Positions 30,099 to 39,698 of a stretch of DNA of 64,000 nucleotides are shown in pieces. Every line of letters starts with the position of its first letter. Position 1 is the first letter of the stretch. A model generated the notes under the pieces. The model ran no database searches. It had not been told where the DNA came from and saw only the letters and a list, made by a program, of their open reading frames with translations. This DNA comes from an uncultured bacterium (GTDB taxonomy: Bacteria > Verrucomicrobiota > Verrucomicrobiia > Verrucomicrobiales > DEV007): assembly GCA_963977015.1 (NCBI GenBank), contig CAXBMO010000008.1:1-64000 (forward strand). The letters run 5' to 3'. Both the position numbers and the translations under genes were made by a program.

Positions 30099-30545
30099 TC
30101 AACGTTCCGGAAACACCACTGCTTGCTGGCCGACCTGCATCGTGCGGCCGCCATGTTCAGCGGCATGGGATTCCGCTTCTTCCGGCGAGGAAAACCAAAG
30201 ATTCGGATATCCGAACCGGGATCTCAGGACATCAAACGGCAACAGCGCCTTCGGCTCTTTGCCAACCAGGGCGTCCCGATATTCCTTCCATCCCGGAAAT
30301 CCCGCTTCAATGGCCAGGGCTCGCAACACATGCTTCCGCTGCACATCTCCACGGCGGCGGCTTAGTTCTGGCAGGGAGATTCCGTGAAAGACCTGGGTGG
30401 ACAAAAGTCTTCTCAAGACGGGCAACGAGTTTGCCAATGAGTCCGAAGTGGCCGCGCGATGCAGCTTCTTGGCTTCACGTAAGACCAGACCGGCAACTTG
30501 GCGGCCTGGGAGATCATTGTTTTCAATGGATGGATCAATCTGCAT
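30099..30545 (-). CDS. hypothetical protein
   Basis: ORF with natural composition (QRKHVL...AIEAGFPGW...NLWFSS); start at MQIDPS is uncertain. Confidence 0.65.
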   Translation of the reverse strand: MQIDPSIENNDLPGRQVAGLVLREAKKLHRAATSDSLANSLPVLRRLLSTQVFHGISLPELSRRRGDVQRKHVLRALAIEAGFPGWKEYRDALVGKEPKALLPFDVLRSRFGYPNLWFSSPEEAESHAAEHGGRTMQVGQQAVVFPER

Positions 30546-30930
30546 AACAACTCTTCGATTTGGCCTCCTCGCTCTTGGCCGAAGTTGGGTATGCAAAACA
30601 ATGCTTGCGTAGGTAGTTTCTGGTGCGCGTGCTTTTGCGAGATGGACGTCCAGTAAATCCGAGGAGAAAGGAGCTCAAAAGTTTTGATCGTGCAAGAGAA
30701 TCTTGTCGCCGAACGCCCAGTTGGGTGCGCGGCAGGGCCGGATCGGGCGCCGGTCCTGAATTCAACGGTTCCAGCATCCTCATGGCGTCGGCGGAGTGGG
30801 CGCATTGCGGACGTCCGGTGGAACGCGTTCAAGGTTGGCGGTCGTGCATCACGAGCGAAAGCGGCGTCAAGCTGCCGCAGTTCAAGGACGCGAAATCGTG
30901 GATTGGGGTTTCGCGTTCATCGCACCATTT

Positions 30931-31151
30931 CGCAATCCCGTTGGGATTGAATATCGGTTGGCCGGTTTGGTCCCAAGGTAGCCTGCGGCAACCGTTGGGC
31001 TGTTCGTTCGCAATCCCGTTGGGATTGGCAAAGCCTTCAGGCCTCGATCAACCACAACGTGGTTGCGCATGGAAAGCCCAGGGTTGGCCAAGCGCAGCGG
31101 CCTACCCTGGGAACATGGCCACCAATCATCCTCAACCACAACGTGGTTGCG
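30931..31151. repeat. REP-like palindrome cluster, two inverted units
   Basis: cgcaatcccgttgggattg at 30931 and 31009, caaccacaacgtggttgcg at 31049 and 31133; each pair flanks a ccc(a/g)gg...ggg hairpin. Confidence 0.75.
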
Positions 31152-31335
31152 AAATCGCGGGTGCGGATTCACCACCGTTGTTTCGGACGCCTGGTTTCCG
31201 CCAATCCGTTGATCGGCGGAGGCCGGTGGTCTGCGACCCTTCCGGAGGCAATTTGCCCGGCCGATTTTGAAGCACGACTCCCGTTCGGTTGCGGTTGACC
31301 GCCTGCCGACCCTCGTCTTTGATCCTTCCATGTTC

Positions 31336-34300
31336 ATGAAACCCTTGTTCACCGGTCTTTTCTTGCTTCTTGGTGGATTCCTGGTTGCGCAGGAGTCGTC
31401 CCATCCAGCTTCGGCGGAAGCCGAGTTTCTTGGCGGCATTCGCCAACTGACGTTCGCGGGGAAACGCGCGGGCGAGGGCTACTTCAGCGCCGATGGCACG
31501 AAGCTGATTTTTCAGAGCGAGCGTGAGGAGGACAATCCGTTCTTCCAGATTTATCTGATGGATTTGGAGACCGGGGATATCGAGCGGGTTTCGCCTGGTC
31601 ACGGAAAGACGACGTGTGCCTGGATTCATCCTGATGGGACGAAGGTGATGTTTGCATCGACCCAGGATGATCCCGAGGCGAAGGCGGAACAGGCGGCGGA
31701 GTTCAAGATGCGGGAGGAGGGGACGCAGCGTCGTTATTCCTGGGATTACGACGAGTATTTCGAGATTTACGAGTATGATCTCGCGGCGAAAACGTGGACG
31801 AATCTGACCAACGCGAAGGGCTACGATGCGGAGGGGTGCTATTCGCCGGACGGGAAACACATCGTCTATGCTTCGAACCGGAATTGGCACCAGGAGCCGG
31901 CTCAGTTTCCCAAGGAAGACCGGATCTGGTTTGGGATGAACCCGTCATTCGGGCTGGATATTTACCTGGCGAACGCGGATGGCTCGAATCCCCGTCAATT
32001 GACGAAATCGCCGGGTTATGACGGTGGGCCGTTTTTCAATGCGGATGGTTCCAAGATCTGTTGGCGACGTTTCAGCCGCGAGGGCGATCAGGCCGAGGTG
32101 TTCACGATGAACGCGGATGGCACGGGCGAGAAGCAGTTGACGACGCTGGGCGCGATGTCGTGGGCACCGTATTTTCATCCGAGCGGCGAGTATCTGATTT
32201 TCGCGACCAATCTTCAGGGCTTTGCGAACTTTGAGCTCTACATGGTGGATGCGGCGGGCGAGAAGGAGCCGGTTCGCGTTACGTCGACGGATGGTTTTGA
32301 CGGCTTGCCCTGTTTTTCGCCGGACGGTTCCCAACTCGCCTGGACCACCAATCGCACGCCAAACAAGACGTCGCAGATTTTTCTCGCCTCGTGGAATCAT
32401 GAAGCCGCGCTTTCCGCGCTCGGGAAATCCGGGGAACGCCAGGTCCGTTCGACGGAGCTGATGGCGCCAAGCCAGGACGAGGAAAACGTGAGCGCCGCTG
32501 CCGGAATTCGCGATGCGAAGCCTGAGATTCTTGAATCGGATCTTCGCGCCCAGATCGGGTTTTTGGCGAGCGATGAATTGGAGGGGCGCCTGACCGGAAC
32601 CGAAGGAGAACAAATGGCGACGGCTTATGTCGCGAAAGCGTTCGAAACCTGGGGCCTCAGCGCGTGGGACGAGAATCCATCGAGCATCAGCTACTTTCAA
32701 CCGTTCGAGTTCACCGCGGGCGTTGATCTCGGGAAGGGCAATGAGTTGTGGATCGAGGAAGGCGACGCGCGTTGGAAGGCGGAACTGGACAAGGATTGGC
32801 GACCGCTCTCGTTTTCCCAGCTCGGCAGGATCGATGCGCTGGATGTCGTCTTTGCCGGTTATGGCATCGATGTTCCGGCAGGGCAGGCCGAGTCGGAAGG
32901 CACGCAGAGCGAACTCTACACCAGCTACTATCATACCGACGTGGAAGGGAAGTGGGTGATGATGCTGCGGTATATTCCCGAGGGACTTTCCGGCGACAAG
33001 CGGCGCACGTTCCTGCGGTATGCGAGCCTGCGCTACAAGGCGATGTTGGCTCGGCAAAAGGGAGCCAAGGGGGTGATTTTTGTGAGCGGGCCGAATTCCG
33101 AGGTGAAGGAGGAGCTGGTTCCCCTCAGCTTCGATGCCTCGTTGGCCGATTCCGGGATTGCCGCGATTTCGGTAACGACGGAACTGGGCGCGAAATTGCT
33201 CGCGGCCGCCGGGAAAGACCTTGCCGAGATCCAGACGAGTCTGGACAAGGGCGAGATGATGATTGGAGTGAAGATTCCGGACGTGAAGTTCGACGCGCGG
33301 GTCGATATCAATCAACGGACGGAGAACGGGCGCAATGTGATTGGCCGGTTGAAGGCGAAATCGGTGGAGGCCAGGAAACGTCCGGCGCTGATTATCGGTG
33401 CCCACATCGATCATCTCGGCAACAAGGCCAACTCCGCCTCCCGGGCGTTCGGCAAGGAGAAGTTCGAGATTCACAACGGGGCCGATGACAATGCGAGTGG
33501 AACGGCCGGTCTCATGGAGATTGCGCATTATCTGGCCGATGCCCAACAGTCCGGGAAGATCGAGCTGCAACGCGATGTCGTCTTCGCGGCGTGGTCCGGT
33601 GAGGAAATGGGGTTGCTCGGAAGCGCGAGTTTCGTCAGCGAAGTTGCGAAGAAGGCGAAGAACGATGCGGATGCAGAGTTGGGCGACGTGTTTTCGGCTT
33701 ATCTCAATATGGACATGATCGGTCGTCTCGAAAAGACGTTGGTGTTGCAGGGAGTCGGGTCCAGTTCCGTCTGGCCCAGTATCATCGAGCGGCGCAACGT
33801 GCCGGTTGGCTTGCCGGTCACGATTCAACAGGACACGTATCTGTCGACCGATGCGACGTCGTTTTACCTCCGCGGCGTTCCAATTCTCAGCGCCTTTACC
33901 GGAGCGCACGAAGACTATCATCGCCCGACCGATACGGCCGACAAGATCAACTACGAAGGCACGCAGAAGATCACCAAATTGATGGGACTCGTCGCGCGGG
34001 GACTCGCGACTTCAGCCGAAGAGCCGGACTACATCAAAGTGGAACGCTCCAAGCAAAAAGGCCGCCGCGCCAATCTCCGCGCCTATCTCGGCACGATTCC
34101 CGATTATGCGGGCAACGATGTGGAAGGTGTGAAGATTTCAGGAGTGAGCAAGGGTGGTCCGGCGGAAAAAGCGGGACTTGAGGGCGGCGACATCATTGTC
34201 GAGCTCGACGGAAAAGAGCTGAAGAACATTTACGATTACACCTACGTGCTCGAAGCGCTGAAAGTCGGTGTGGAAGCGAAAATCGCGGTGATGCGCAAAG

Positions 34301-34344
34301 GCGAGCGCGTCGAGATGACGATCACGCCGGAATCGCGGGATTAG
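31336..34344 (+). CDS. secreted M28 aminopeptidase with TolB-like PD40 repeats, PA domain and PDZ domain
   Basis: EGYFSADG/YDGGPFF/SWAPYF repeats; GAHIDHLG, NGADDNASG, SGEEMG and HEDYH; C-terminal GPAEKAGL PDZ. Confidence 0.92.
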   Translation: MKPLFTGLFLLLGGFLVAQESSHPASAEAEFLGGIRQLTFAGKRAGEGYFSADGTKLIFQSEREEDNPFFQIYLMDLETGDIERVSPGHGKTTCAWIHPDGTKVMFASTQDDPEAKAEQAAEFKMREEGTQRRYSWDYDEYFEIYEYDLAAKTWTNLTNAKGYDAEGCYSPDGKHIVYASNRNWHQEPAQFPKEDRIWFGMNPSFGLDIYLANADGSNPRQLTKSPGYDGGPFFNADGSKICWRRFSREGDQAEVFTMNADGTGEKQLTTLGAMSWAPYFHPSGEYLIFATNLQGFANFELYMVDAAGEKEPVRVTSTDGFDGLPCFSPDGSQLAWTTNRTPNKTSQIFLASWNHEAALSALGKSGERQVRSTELMAPSQDEENVSAAAGIRDAKPEILESDLRAQIGFLASDELEGRLTGTEGEQMATAYVAKAFETWGLSAWDENPSSISYFQPFEFTAGVDLGKGNELWIEEGDARWKAELDKDWRPLSFSQLGRIDALDVVFAGYGIDVPAGQAESEGTQSELYTSYYHTDVEGKWVMMLRYIPEGLSGDKRRTFLRYASLRYKAMLARQKGAKGVIFVSGPNSEVKEELVPLSFDASLADSGIAAISVTTELGAKLLAAAGKDLAEIQTSLDKGEMMIGVKIPDVKFDARVDINQRTENGRNVIGRLKAKSVEARKRPALIIGAHIDHLGNKANSASRAFGKEKFEIHNGADDNASGTAGLMEIAHYLADAQQSGKIELQRDVVFAAWSGEEMGLLGSASFVSEVAKKAKNDADAELGDVFSAYLNMDMIGRLEKTLVLQGVGSSSVWPSIIERRNVPVGLPVTIQQDTYLSTDATSFYLRGVPILSAFTGAHEDYHRPTDTADKINYEGTQKITKLMGLVARGLATSAEEPDYIKVERSKQKGRRANLRAYLGTIPDYAGNDVEGVKISGVSKGGPAEKAGLEGGDIIVELDGKELKNIYDYTYVLEALKVGVEAKIAVMRKGERVEMTITPESRD

Positions 34345-34424
34345 GGTAGCCCATCGTCCGTCATCATTTTCAATCACTCGCCAGTCCCCGAGCGGATTGT
34401 CCTGGCCGTTCAAGCTTGGGAATC

Positions 34425-34680
34425 GCCCCGGGTCTCCACGCGAGCTTGTCTCCGTGGAACCGAGATCAACCACCAGAATCGCAACGAATTATTCCGCCCC
34501 GGCTGGCCTTGTGCCGGTCGAGCGATGACTCTGCCCTCGAAGCTCGAAAGAGAATCTGGCGGCGTTTTAGCGGGGAGTCAGCGCTCAATCGGGGTAAACC
34601 CGATTGGGGCGGCCTTTGGTTGGGCGGAAGTCTGGTGGTTGGTCTCGGTACCACGGGGATGAACCCCGGTGGAGTCCTGC
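34425..34680. repeat. ~250-bp palindromic REPIN/MITE-like element, copy 2 (inverted relative to copy 1)
   Basis: gatcaaccaccaga / tctggtggttggtc arms; ccccggctggccttg is the reverse complement of copy-1 caaggccagccgggg. Confidence 0.75.
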
Positions 34681-34792
34681 GATCCACGAGCCTCATGGGA
34701 CTACTTTTAGGCCATCGTTGCCCGTCACTTTCATTCGCACCCGCAGGACGGACTACACTGGACAGCTTCGCAAAATCCGTCAGACTATGGGG

Positions 34793-35032
34793 ATGGACGA
34801 CCAACCAACCATCGCTGACAAGAAGCCCGCTGTGATGAAACTCGAACCGGGAGATTACTGGTGGTGTGCGTGTGGAAAGTCCGTGAATCAGCCCTTCTGT
34901 GACGGAAGCCACAAGGGAACCGGGTTCGGCCCGCAGAAGGTGACGATCGACGAAGAGAAAACCGTCGCGTTTTGCAACTGCAAGCACAGCGCCAACCAAC
35001 CGTTTTGCGACGGGACTCACGCGAAGCTGTAG
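34793..35032 (+). CDS. CDGSH iron-sulfur domain protein (two motifs)
   Basis: WCACGKS..QPFCDGSH and FCNCKHS..QPFCDGTH. Confidence 0.93.
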   Translation: MDDQPTIADKKPAVMKLEPGDYWWCACGKSVNQPFCDGSHKGTGFGPQKVTIDEEKTVAFCNCKHSANQPFCDGTHAKL

Positions 35033-35049
35033 GGTCGCGGGAAACGCGT

Positions 35050-35511
35050 TCAGACGATTTCGACCTCGGTTCCCACACCGACCTGGTCGTAGAGCGCGAT
35101 GACGTCGGCGTTCTTCATGCGGACGCAGCCGATGCTGGCGGGTTCGCCGATCTTTTCCTCGTCGTTCGTGCCGTGAATGTAGATGTAGCGTTCCTTGGTG
35201 TTGGCGTTCTGCTCTTCCAGTCCTTCCAGCCAGAGAATTCGCGTGAGGACCATGTCCTCGTCGACGCTTTCGGCGGGATTCCAGGTTCCGACCGGTTTGC
35301 GGCCCTTGAAGATGGTGCCTTCCGGCGCGTCATCGCCGAACTCCTCGGCAACCCGGAATTTGCCGAGAGGAGTCTTGAAGCTGCCTTCCTCCGAACCGAG
35401 CCCGAATTTGGAGGTGGAGATGGGCCAGGAATGCACGACCTGGTCACCATCCATCAGGCGGAGTTCTTGATCGGTGACAGACACTTGAATTTTCGGCTGG
35501 CTTTGTTGCAT
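35050..35511 (-). CDS. L,D-transpeptidase (YkuD) family protein
   Basis: TPLGKF and YIYIHGTN...ASIGCVRM (HxxxC-type catalytic motif). Confidence 0.9.
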   Translation of the reverse strand: MQQSQPKIQVSVTDQELRLMDGDQVVHSWPISTSKFGLGSEEGSFKTPLGKFRVAEEFGDDAPEGTIFKGRKPVGTWNPAESVDEDMVLTRILWLEGLEEQNANTKERYIYIHGTNDEEKIGEPASIGCVRMKNADVIALYDQVGVGTEVEIV

Positions 35512-35559
35512 AGCACTCACACATTGGTAGGTTGTCTGCCCATTTCAAATCACGAATTC

Positions 35560-36561
35560 ATGAGTCAACCAAAACACCTGGCGATTGTCGGAGCAACGGG
35601 AGCTGTCGGCCAAGAAATGCTCAATTGTCTGGAGCAACGTCAGTTCCCGGTCGCGAGTTTGAAGCTTCTTGCCAGCGCACGTTCCAAGGGCAAGTGCATC
35701 CCCTTTCATGGCGAGCAGTTGGTGGTGGAGGAGTTGACTCCCGAATCGTTCGAGGGCGTTGAAATTGCGTTGTTCAGTGCGGGTGGCGGGATTTCCAAGG
35801 ACTTTGCGAAGTATGCCGTCGATGCGGGCGCGCTCGTGATCGACAACTCGTCCACGTTTCGCATGGATGAAGGCGTCCCGTTGGTGATCCCGGAAATCAA
35901 CGCCGAAGCGGCAAAGAGTCATTCGGGAATCATCGCGAATCCCAACTGCACCACGATCGTGACGTTGATGGGGCTGAACCCGCTTCACCGGAAGTGGACG
36001 GCGCAAAAAATCGTCGCGGCAAGTTATCAGGCGGTCTCCGGAAGTGGGGCGGCGGGAATCGCCGAGCTGGATGCGCAGGTAAAGGCGATTCACTCCGGAT
36101 CGAAAGTTCAGCCGAAGGTTTATCCTCATCAGATCGCGTTCAACGTCATTGCCGACATTGGTGGAGTGGGGGAGAATGGTTACACGAGCGAGGAAATGAA
36201 GATGCAGAACGAAGGTCGCAAGATCCTCGGGCATGGAGAGTTGGCCGCCTCGGTCACCTGTGTTCGCGTTCCGGTTTACAAATCGCACTCCATCGCCGCC
36301 TGGGTTCAGTTTGAGGAAACTCCTGATGTGGAAGAAGCTCGCGAGCTGATCGAGAAGGCGGAGGGCGTCCAATTGGTCGACGACCGTCAACTGGGCAGGT
36401 ATCCGACGCCGTTGGATTCGACGGATGGAGATGATTGCCTTGTTGGGCGTATTCGCCGGGATCTGGTGTTCGAAAACGGGCTTAGCTTCTGGGTGGTTGG
36501 CGATCAGGTGCGTAAAGGCGCCGCGCTCAACGCCGTGCAGATTGCGGAATTATTCGTATAA
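35560..36561 (+). CDS. asd: aspartate-semialdehyde dehydrogenase
   Basis: IVGATGAVG, IDNSSTFRM, IANPNCTT, SYQAVSGSG, TCVRVPV and RKGAALNAVQIAE. Confidence 0.97.
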   Translation: MSQPKHLAIVGATGAVGQEMLNCLEQRQFPVASLKLLASARSKGKCIPFHGEQLVVEELTPESFEGVEIALFSAGGGISKDFAKYAVDAGALVIDNSSTFRMDEGVPLVIPEINAEAAKSHSGIIANPNCTTIVTLMGLNPLHRKWTAQKIVAASYQAVSGSGAAGIAELDAQVKAIHSGSKVQPKVYPHQIAFNVIADIGGVGENGYTSEEMKMQNEGRKILGHGELAASVTCVRVPVYKSHSIAAWVQFEETPDVEEARELIEKAEGVQLVDDRQLGRYPTPLDSTDGDDCLVGRIRRDLVFENGLSFWVVGDQVRKGAALNAVQIAELFV

Positions 36562-36722
36562 TGGTGGCTCTCGAAATTACGGGCGTTGTTGGGTTTGCTT
36601 AGCCTAACGCGGTCAAGCCCTTTTTCGTCGGCAAATCGCCGCCAAGAATACGTTGAGATCTCAGCAGGATGAGTAGGTTGGTCACCGAAACCCCGGACCA
36701 ACTGTTTTACAACACACTCAGA

Positions 36723-37124
36723 ATGATGCAGATCCTGCGACATCAACTGGGCTCCGGAATTCGGGGCATCACTATTTGTTCACTCCTTTTTCTGGGAGGC
36801 AATTTCGCCTTGGGCGAGGAACCCGCGCCGGAACGGAAACGGCAGGTCATTCCCCGAATCACCAACCCGTCCTTTGGAAAAGTGATCACCTCCAGCGGTC
36901 GCGTCTCGGTTCGCAGCATCTCGACAAGGAGCCCGATCAATACCAGCCACCCTTCCATCGTCAGCGCCATCACGGTCGGAGATCAAACCATCGTGATTCC
37001 CAAAGAGGAAAAGGCCGGAGCGGACAAGGCCGAAGCGAAGGAGGAAGTGGAAGTCGCCAAGCCGGAAAAGCCGCTCAATCCGGTATCCGGCAATGTGCGC
37101 CGCGCTTACGCCGGTGATTATTGA
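36723..37124 (+). CDS. hypothetical secreted protein
   Basis: Signal-like hydrophobic segment; fills the gap between asd and the convergent gene. Start uncertain. Confidence 0.55.
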   Translation: MMQILRHQLGSGIRGITICSLLFLGGNFALGEEPAPERKRQVIPRITNPSFGKVITSSGRVSVRSISTRSPINTSHPSIVSAITVGDQTIVIPKEEKAGADKAEAKEEVEVAKPEKPLNPVSGNVRRAYAGDY

Positions 37125-38164
37125 TCCGGCTCGGAGCTGGATTCGACGAGCGCCGGATAGCGCAGGGTTTGGCCGACGTAGATCGTGTCGCCGGTCATTT
37201 TGTTGATCGACTTCAACGTATCGATCGTCGTGTCGAATTCACGCGCCAGCTTCCAGAGGGTATCGCCCGCCTGGATCTCGTAGGTCTCCAGATCCCGGTT
37301 TCCGGCGATGGGCTTGGCGATGAGCGCCGGTCGCGGCTTGGGGGAGGCGACCTTCACGGTTTGCGCCGGTTTGGATTGCTTTACCGGGACGATTGGCTTG
37401 CCGCGTTCCTGTTTCAGCAGCCAGTCGTAAAGCTCCTGCTTTTTGTAGACGGGAACGATGATGTTGCCGTGGTTTCCGCCGGGAATCACCGTCATGGTCG
37501 CGTTTCCGCCCTGCTGGTTCACTGCGTCCACCAGTTTTTGATGAGGCTCCAACGGCGTGATCGCGTCTTCGGCGCCATGAAACGCCCAAATCGGCAAATT
37601 GGTGAGCTTCTTGGCCAGAGAAACGCCGCCGTATCCACAAAGGGGAACCATCGCGGCGAATCGATCGGGATTGGTCGCCGCCAGATACCAGGCTCCGCCG
37701 CCCCCGAGGCTCACGCCCGTCAGATAAATGCGGTTTTCGTCAATGCGATAGAGTTCCGTGAGTTCATCGATCAACTCGAGAAGTGAGCGATAGGGCCAGG
37801 AACCGGCCGGAAGCTGCGGCGACACTGCGATGAAGGGGAATCCCGGCTTCTTATCGAGAAAGGACGGCGGTCCGTAGCGGCGAACCCGCGAAAAATCGTT
37901 CCCGCGCGCGCTCCGTCCGTGCAGGTAAAACATCAGTGGCCATTTCTTGTCGGAATCCTCGTAGCCTTTCGGCAAGTGGAGCAGATAGCGCCACGGTTCG
38001 GGCTGAACGTCTTCGCCTTCCGCCGGAGGCGGGCTGGATTCCCGGGGAACGAGGGTTGTCGCGGTGACTTCGCGCTGGGCTGCGAACGCTGCGGTCAGCG
38101 AGCCTGCCAAAAGCGCCATCGCAAACCAACGGCGAATAATCGTGACTGGGCGAGGGAGAGCCAT
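37118..38164 (-). CDS. secreted alpha/beta hydrolase (predicted peptidase/esterase) with C-terminal LysM domain
   Basis: YLHGRS, GVSLGG, WAFHGAED and GGNH; LysM YEIQAGDTLWKLAREF...IYVGQTL. Confidence 0.88.
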   Translation of the reverse strand: MALPRPVTIIRRWFAMALLAGSLTAAFAAQREVTATTLVPRESSPPPAEGEDVQPEPWRYLLHLPKGYEDSDKKWPLMFYLHGRSARGNDFSRVRRYGPPSFLDKKPGFPFIAVSPQLPAGSWPYRSLLELIDELTELYRIDENRIYLTGVSLGGGGAWYLAATNPDRFAAMVPLCGYGGVSLAKKLTNLPIWAFHGAEDAITPLEPHQKLVDAVNQQGGNATMTVIPGGNHGNIIVPVYKKQELYDWLLKQERGKPIVPVKQSKPAQTVKVASPKPRPALIAKPIAGNRDLETYEIQAGDTLWKLAREFDTTIDTLKSINKMTGDTIYVGQTLRYPALVESSSEPDQ

Positions 38165-38201
38165 CGTGAAAAATTCCGGATTCAACCTCACCAGTCGAAT
38201 C

Positions 38202-38513
38202 TCAATCGCTCTGCTTGCGCTTGATGTAGCGAATCACGAAGAGGAACAGAAACGCGCCGAGAAGCGCCACCACCACCTGATTGATGTCGATGTTGATCGA
38301 TCCGAGATCGAACGAGATGTACTTGCTCAGCAACTTGTCCCAAAGATAACCGCCGAGAATCGCGCCCATAATCCCCACCAGCATGTTGCCCATGAAGCCG
38401 AACGCGCGGTCGCGGAGCAACGCACCGAGGATGGTTCCGACGATGACTCCGACGATCAGGAGTTCGACCCACGGATTGCTCAGGAAGTTGGCGAGAAGAG
38501 GGAGAAAAGGCAT
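38202..38513 (-). CDS. GlsB/YeaQ/YmgE (transglycosylase-associated) membrane protein
   Basis: GFMGNMLVGIMGAILGG...VVALLGAFLFL pattern. Confidence 0.8.
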   Translation of the reverse strand: MPFLPLLANFLSNPWVELLIVGVIVGTILGALLRDRAFGFMGNMLVGIMGAILGGYLWDKLLSKYISFDLGSINIDINQVVVALLGAFLFLFVIRYIKRKQSD

Positions 38514-38567
38514 CAGGGGACTATAGAAGCCTCGTCATTGGATAGGTCAATTCCTAATCCGCCGGGA

Positions 38568-39575
38568 TCACGTCCCGATGATTCCCTCGTACAAACCGGG
38601 ATCACGACACTCGTCCAGCGTCAAAATGCGGAGGCGGGCCCTTGCTTCCTCGCCATCCACATTGCCAGCCGTGTCGCGAAACCGGCGCAGGAATCGCGTA
38701 AACTGCGCAATCTCATCTGCCTCGATTTCGCGAAAGTCGGCGGAGTTGGGATCGGGATGGGCATTGCGGCCGAGCCGTGAAAGGACGTTGTCGCGAAGCT
38801 GGCCGAACGCCGTCGGGATATCGATCAACGCGGGTTCGCCGGATTTCCGGATGTTCCAGACATAGCCCGTGATTTTCCGGCCCGGCGCCTGGGTTTCGAC
38901 CTTGAGGATCTTCTTCCGTTTGCTCAGTTCCTCAATCATCTCCCGCGTCGCGAAATCGATCCGCGGCGGAATGATGACCTCCAGTGGTGGCCGGTCGCCC
39001 TTGCGATATTTTTTGGGAAGCCGGCCCATCAGCGACGACTTGAGAACCGGCACCACGAAGTTGTTGAAATAGCCACGCGCCAACCCGTGGGCGGAGGAAA
39101 GCGTGCTGAGGGGAAACCCGAAAAAGTCGGTCAACGGGTTGTCAGGAAACTTGCCGAGGTAATGGTCGTTCAGCGTCGTTTCGATGACCGGCTTCAACTT
39201 CTGTTGCGCATCTCCCGATTGGCCTTTCACCAGTCGAAAACAACGATAGGCGGCGCGATCAAAGGAAACGGCGTCCAACTCCTCATCCTCGGTATCGACC
39301 AACTTCACGGGAACGCAGGCCCGTCCCATCGCATCCAGCACCGCGATTTCGTAGAGCACGTTGGGATTGTTCTGCGTCATGTCCGCGACCACCAGGGTCG
39401 AGCGATCGGCGGACCGAATCACGTGGTGCATGATGTTTCCGGCCTCATCGACCTCAGGGGTAAACACGTGAAATTCGTCTCCCAGCACCGGGGCAATCAC
39501 CTCATGAGCGAGCCAATTGAGATGCGGGAGATGGTCCTTGTTCATCGGTCCGATGACGAAGCACTTTTTCTTCAT
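38568..39575 (-). CDS. nucleoside 2-deoxyribosyltransferase/TIR-like effector fused to a prokaryotic STING domain
   Basis: N-terminus CFVIGPM...LVVADMTQNNPNVLYEIA; C-terminus SAHGLARGYFNNFVVPV, LEVIIP, LIDIPTA and EADEIAQFTRFL. Confidence 0.75.
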   Translation of the reverse strand: MKKKCFVIGPMNKDHLPHLNWLAHEVIAPVLGDEFHVFTPEVDEAGNIMHHVIRSADRSTLVVADMTQNNPNVLYEIAVLDAMGRACVPVKLVDTEDEELDAVSFDRAAYRCFRLVKGQSGDAQQKLKPVIETTLNDHYLGKFPDNPLTDFFGFPLSTLSSAHGLARGYFNNFVVPVLKSSLMGRLPKKYRKGDRPPLEVIIPPRIDFATREMIEELSKRKKILKVETQAPGRKITGYVWNIRKSGEPALIDIPTAFGQLRDNVLSRLGRNAHPDPNSADFREIEADEIAQFTRFLRRFRDTAGNVDGEEARARLRILTLDECRDPGLYEGIIGT

Positions 39576-39698
39576 GATAGAGTGGGGTTTTGGGGCGCAA
39601 CCATTGCTCATTCACGGTTGCCGGAATCGATTCGCGGTCCACTGAAATCTGACCGAAAACTGGTGGTGCTGCCCAAACTCGTTCGCTAGCATGGACCC

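Noticed and set aside
30931-31151. Repeated 19-mers as a mini CRISPR array
   Set aside because: Only two copies of each, in inverted arrangement with palindromic intervening sequence, and no cas genes; REP-like instead.
34972-35559. N-terminal extension of the asd track ORF
   Set aside because: It is the antisense of the L,D-transpeptidase gene; Asd homology begins at ATG 35560.
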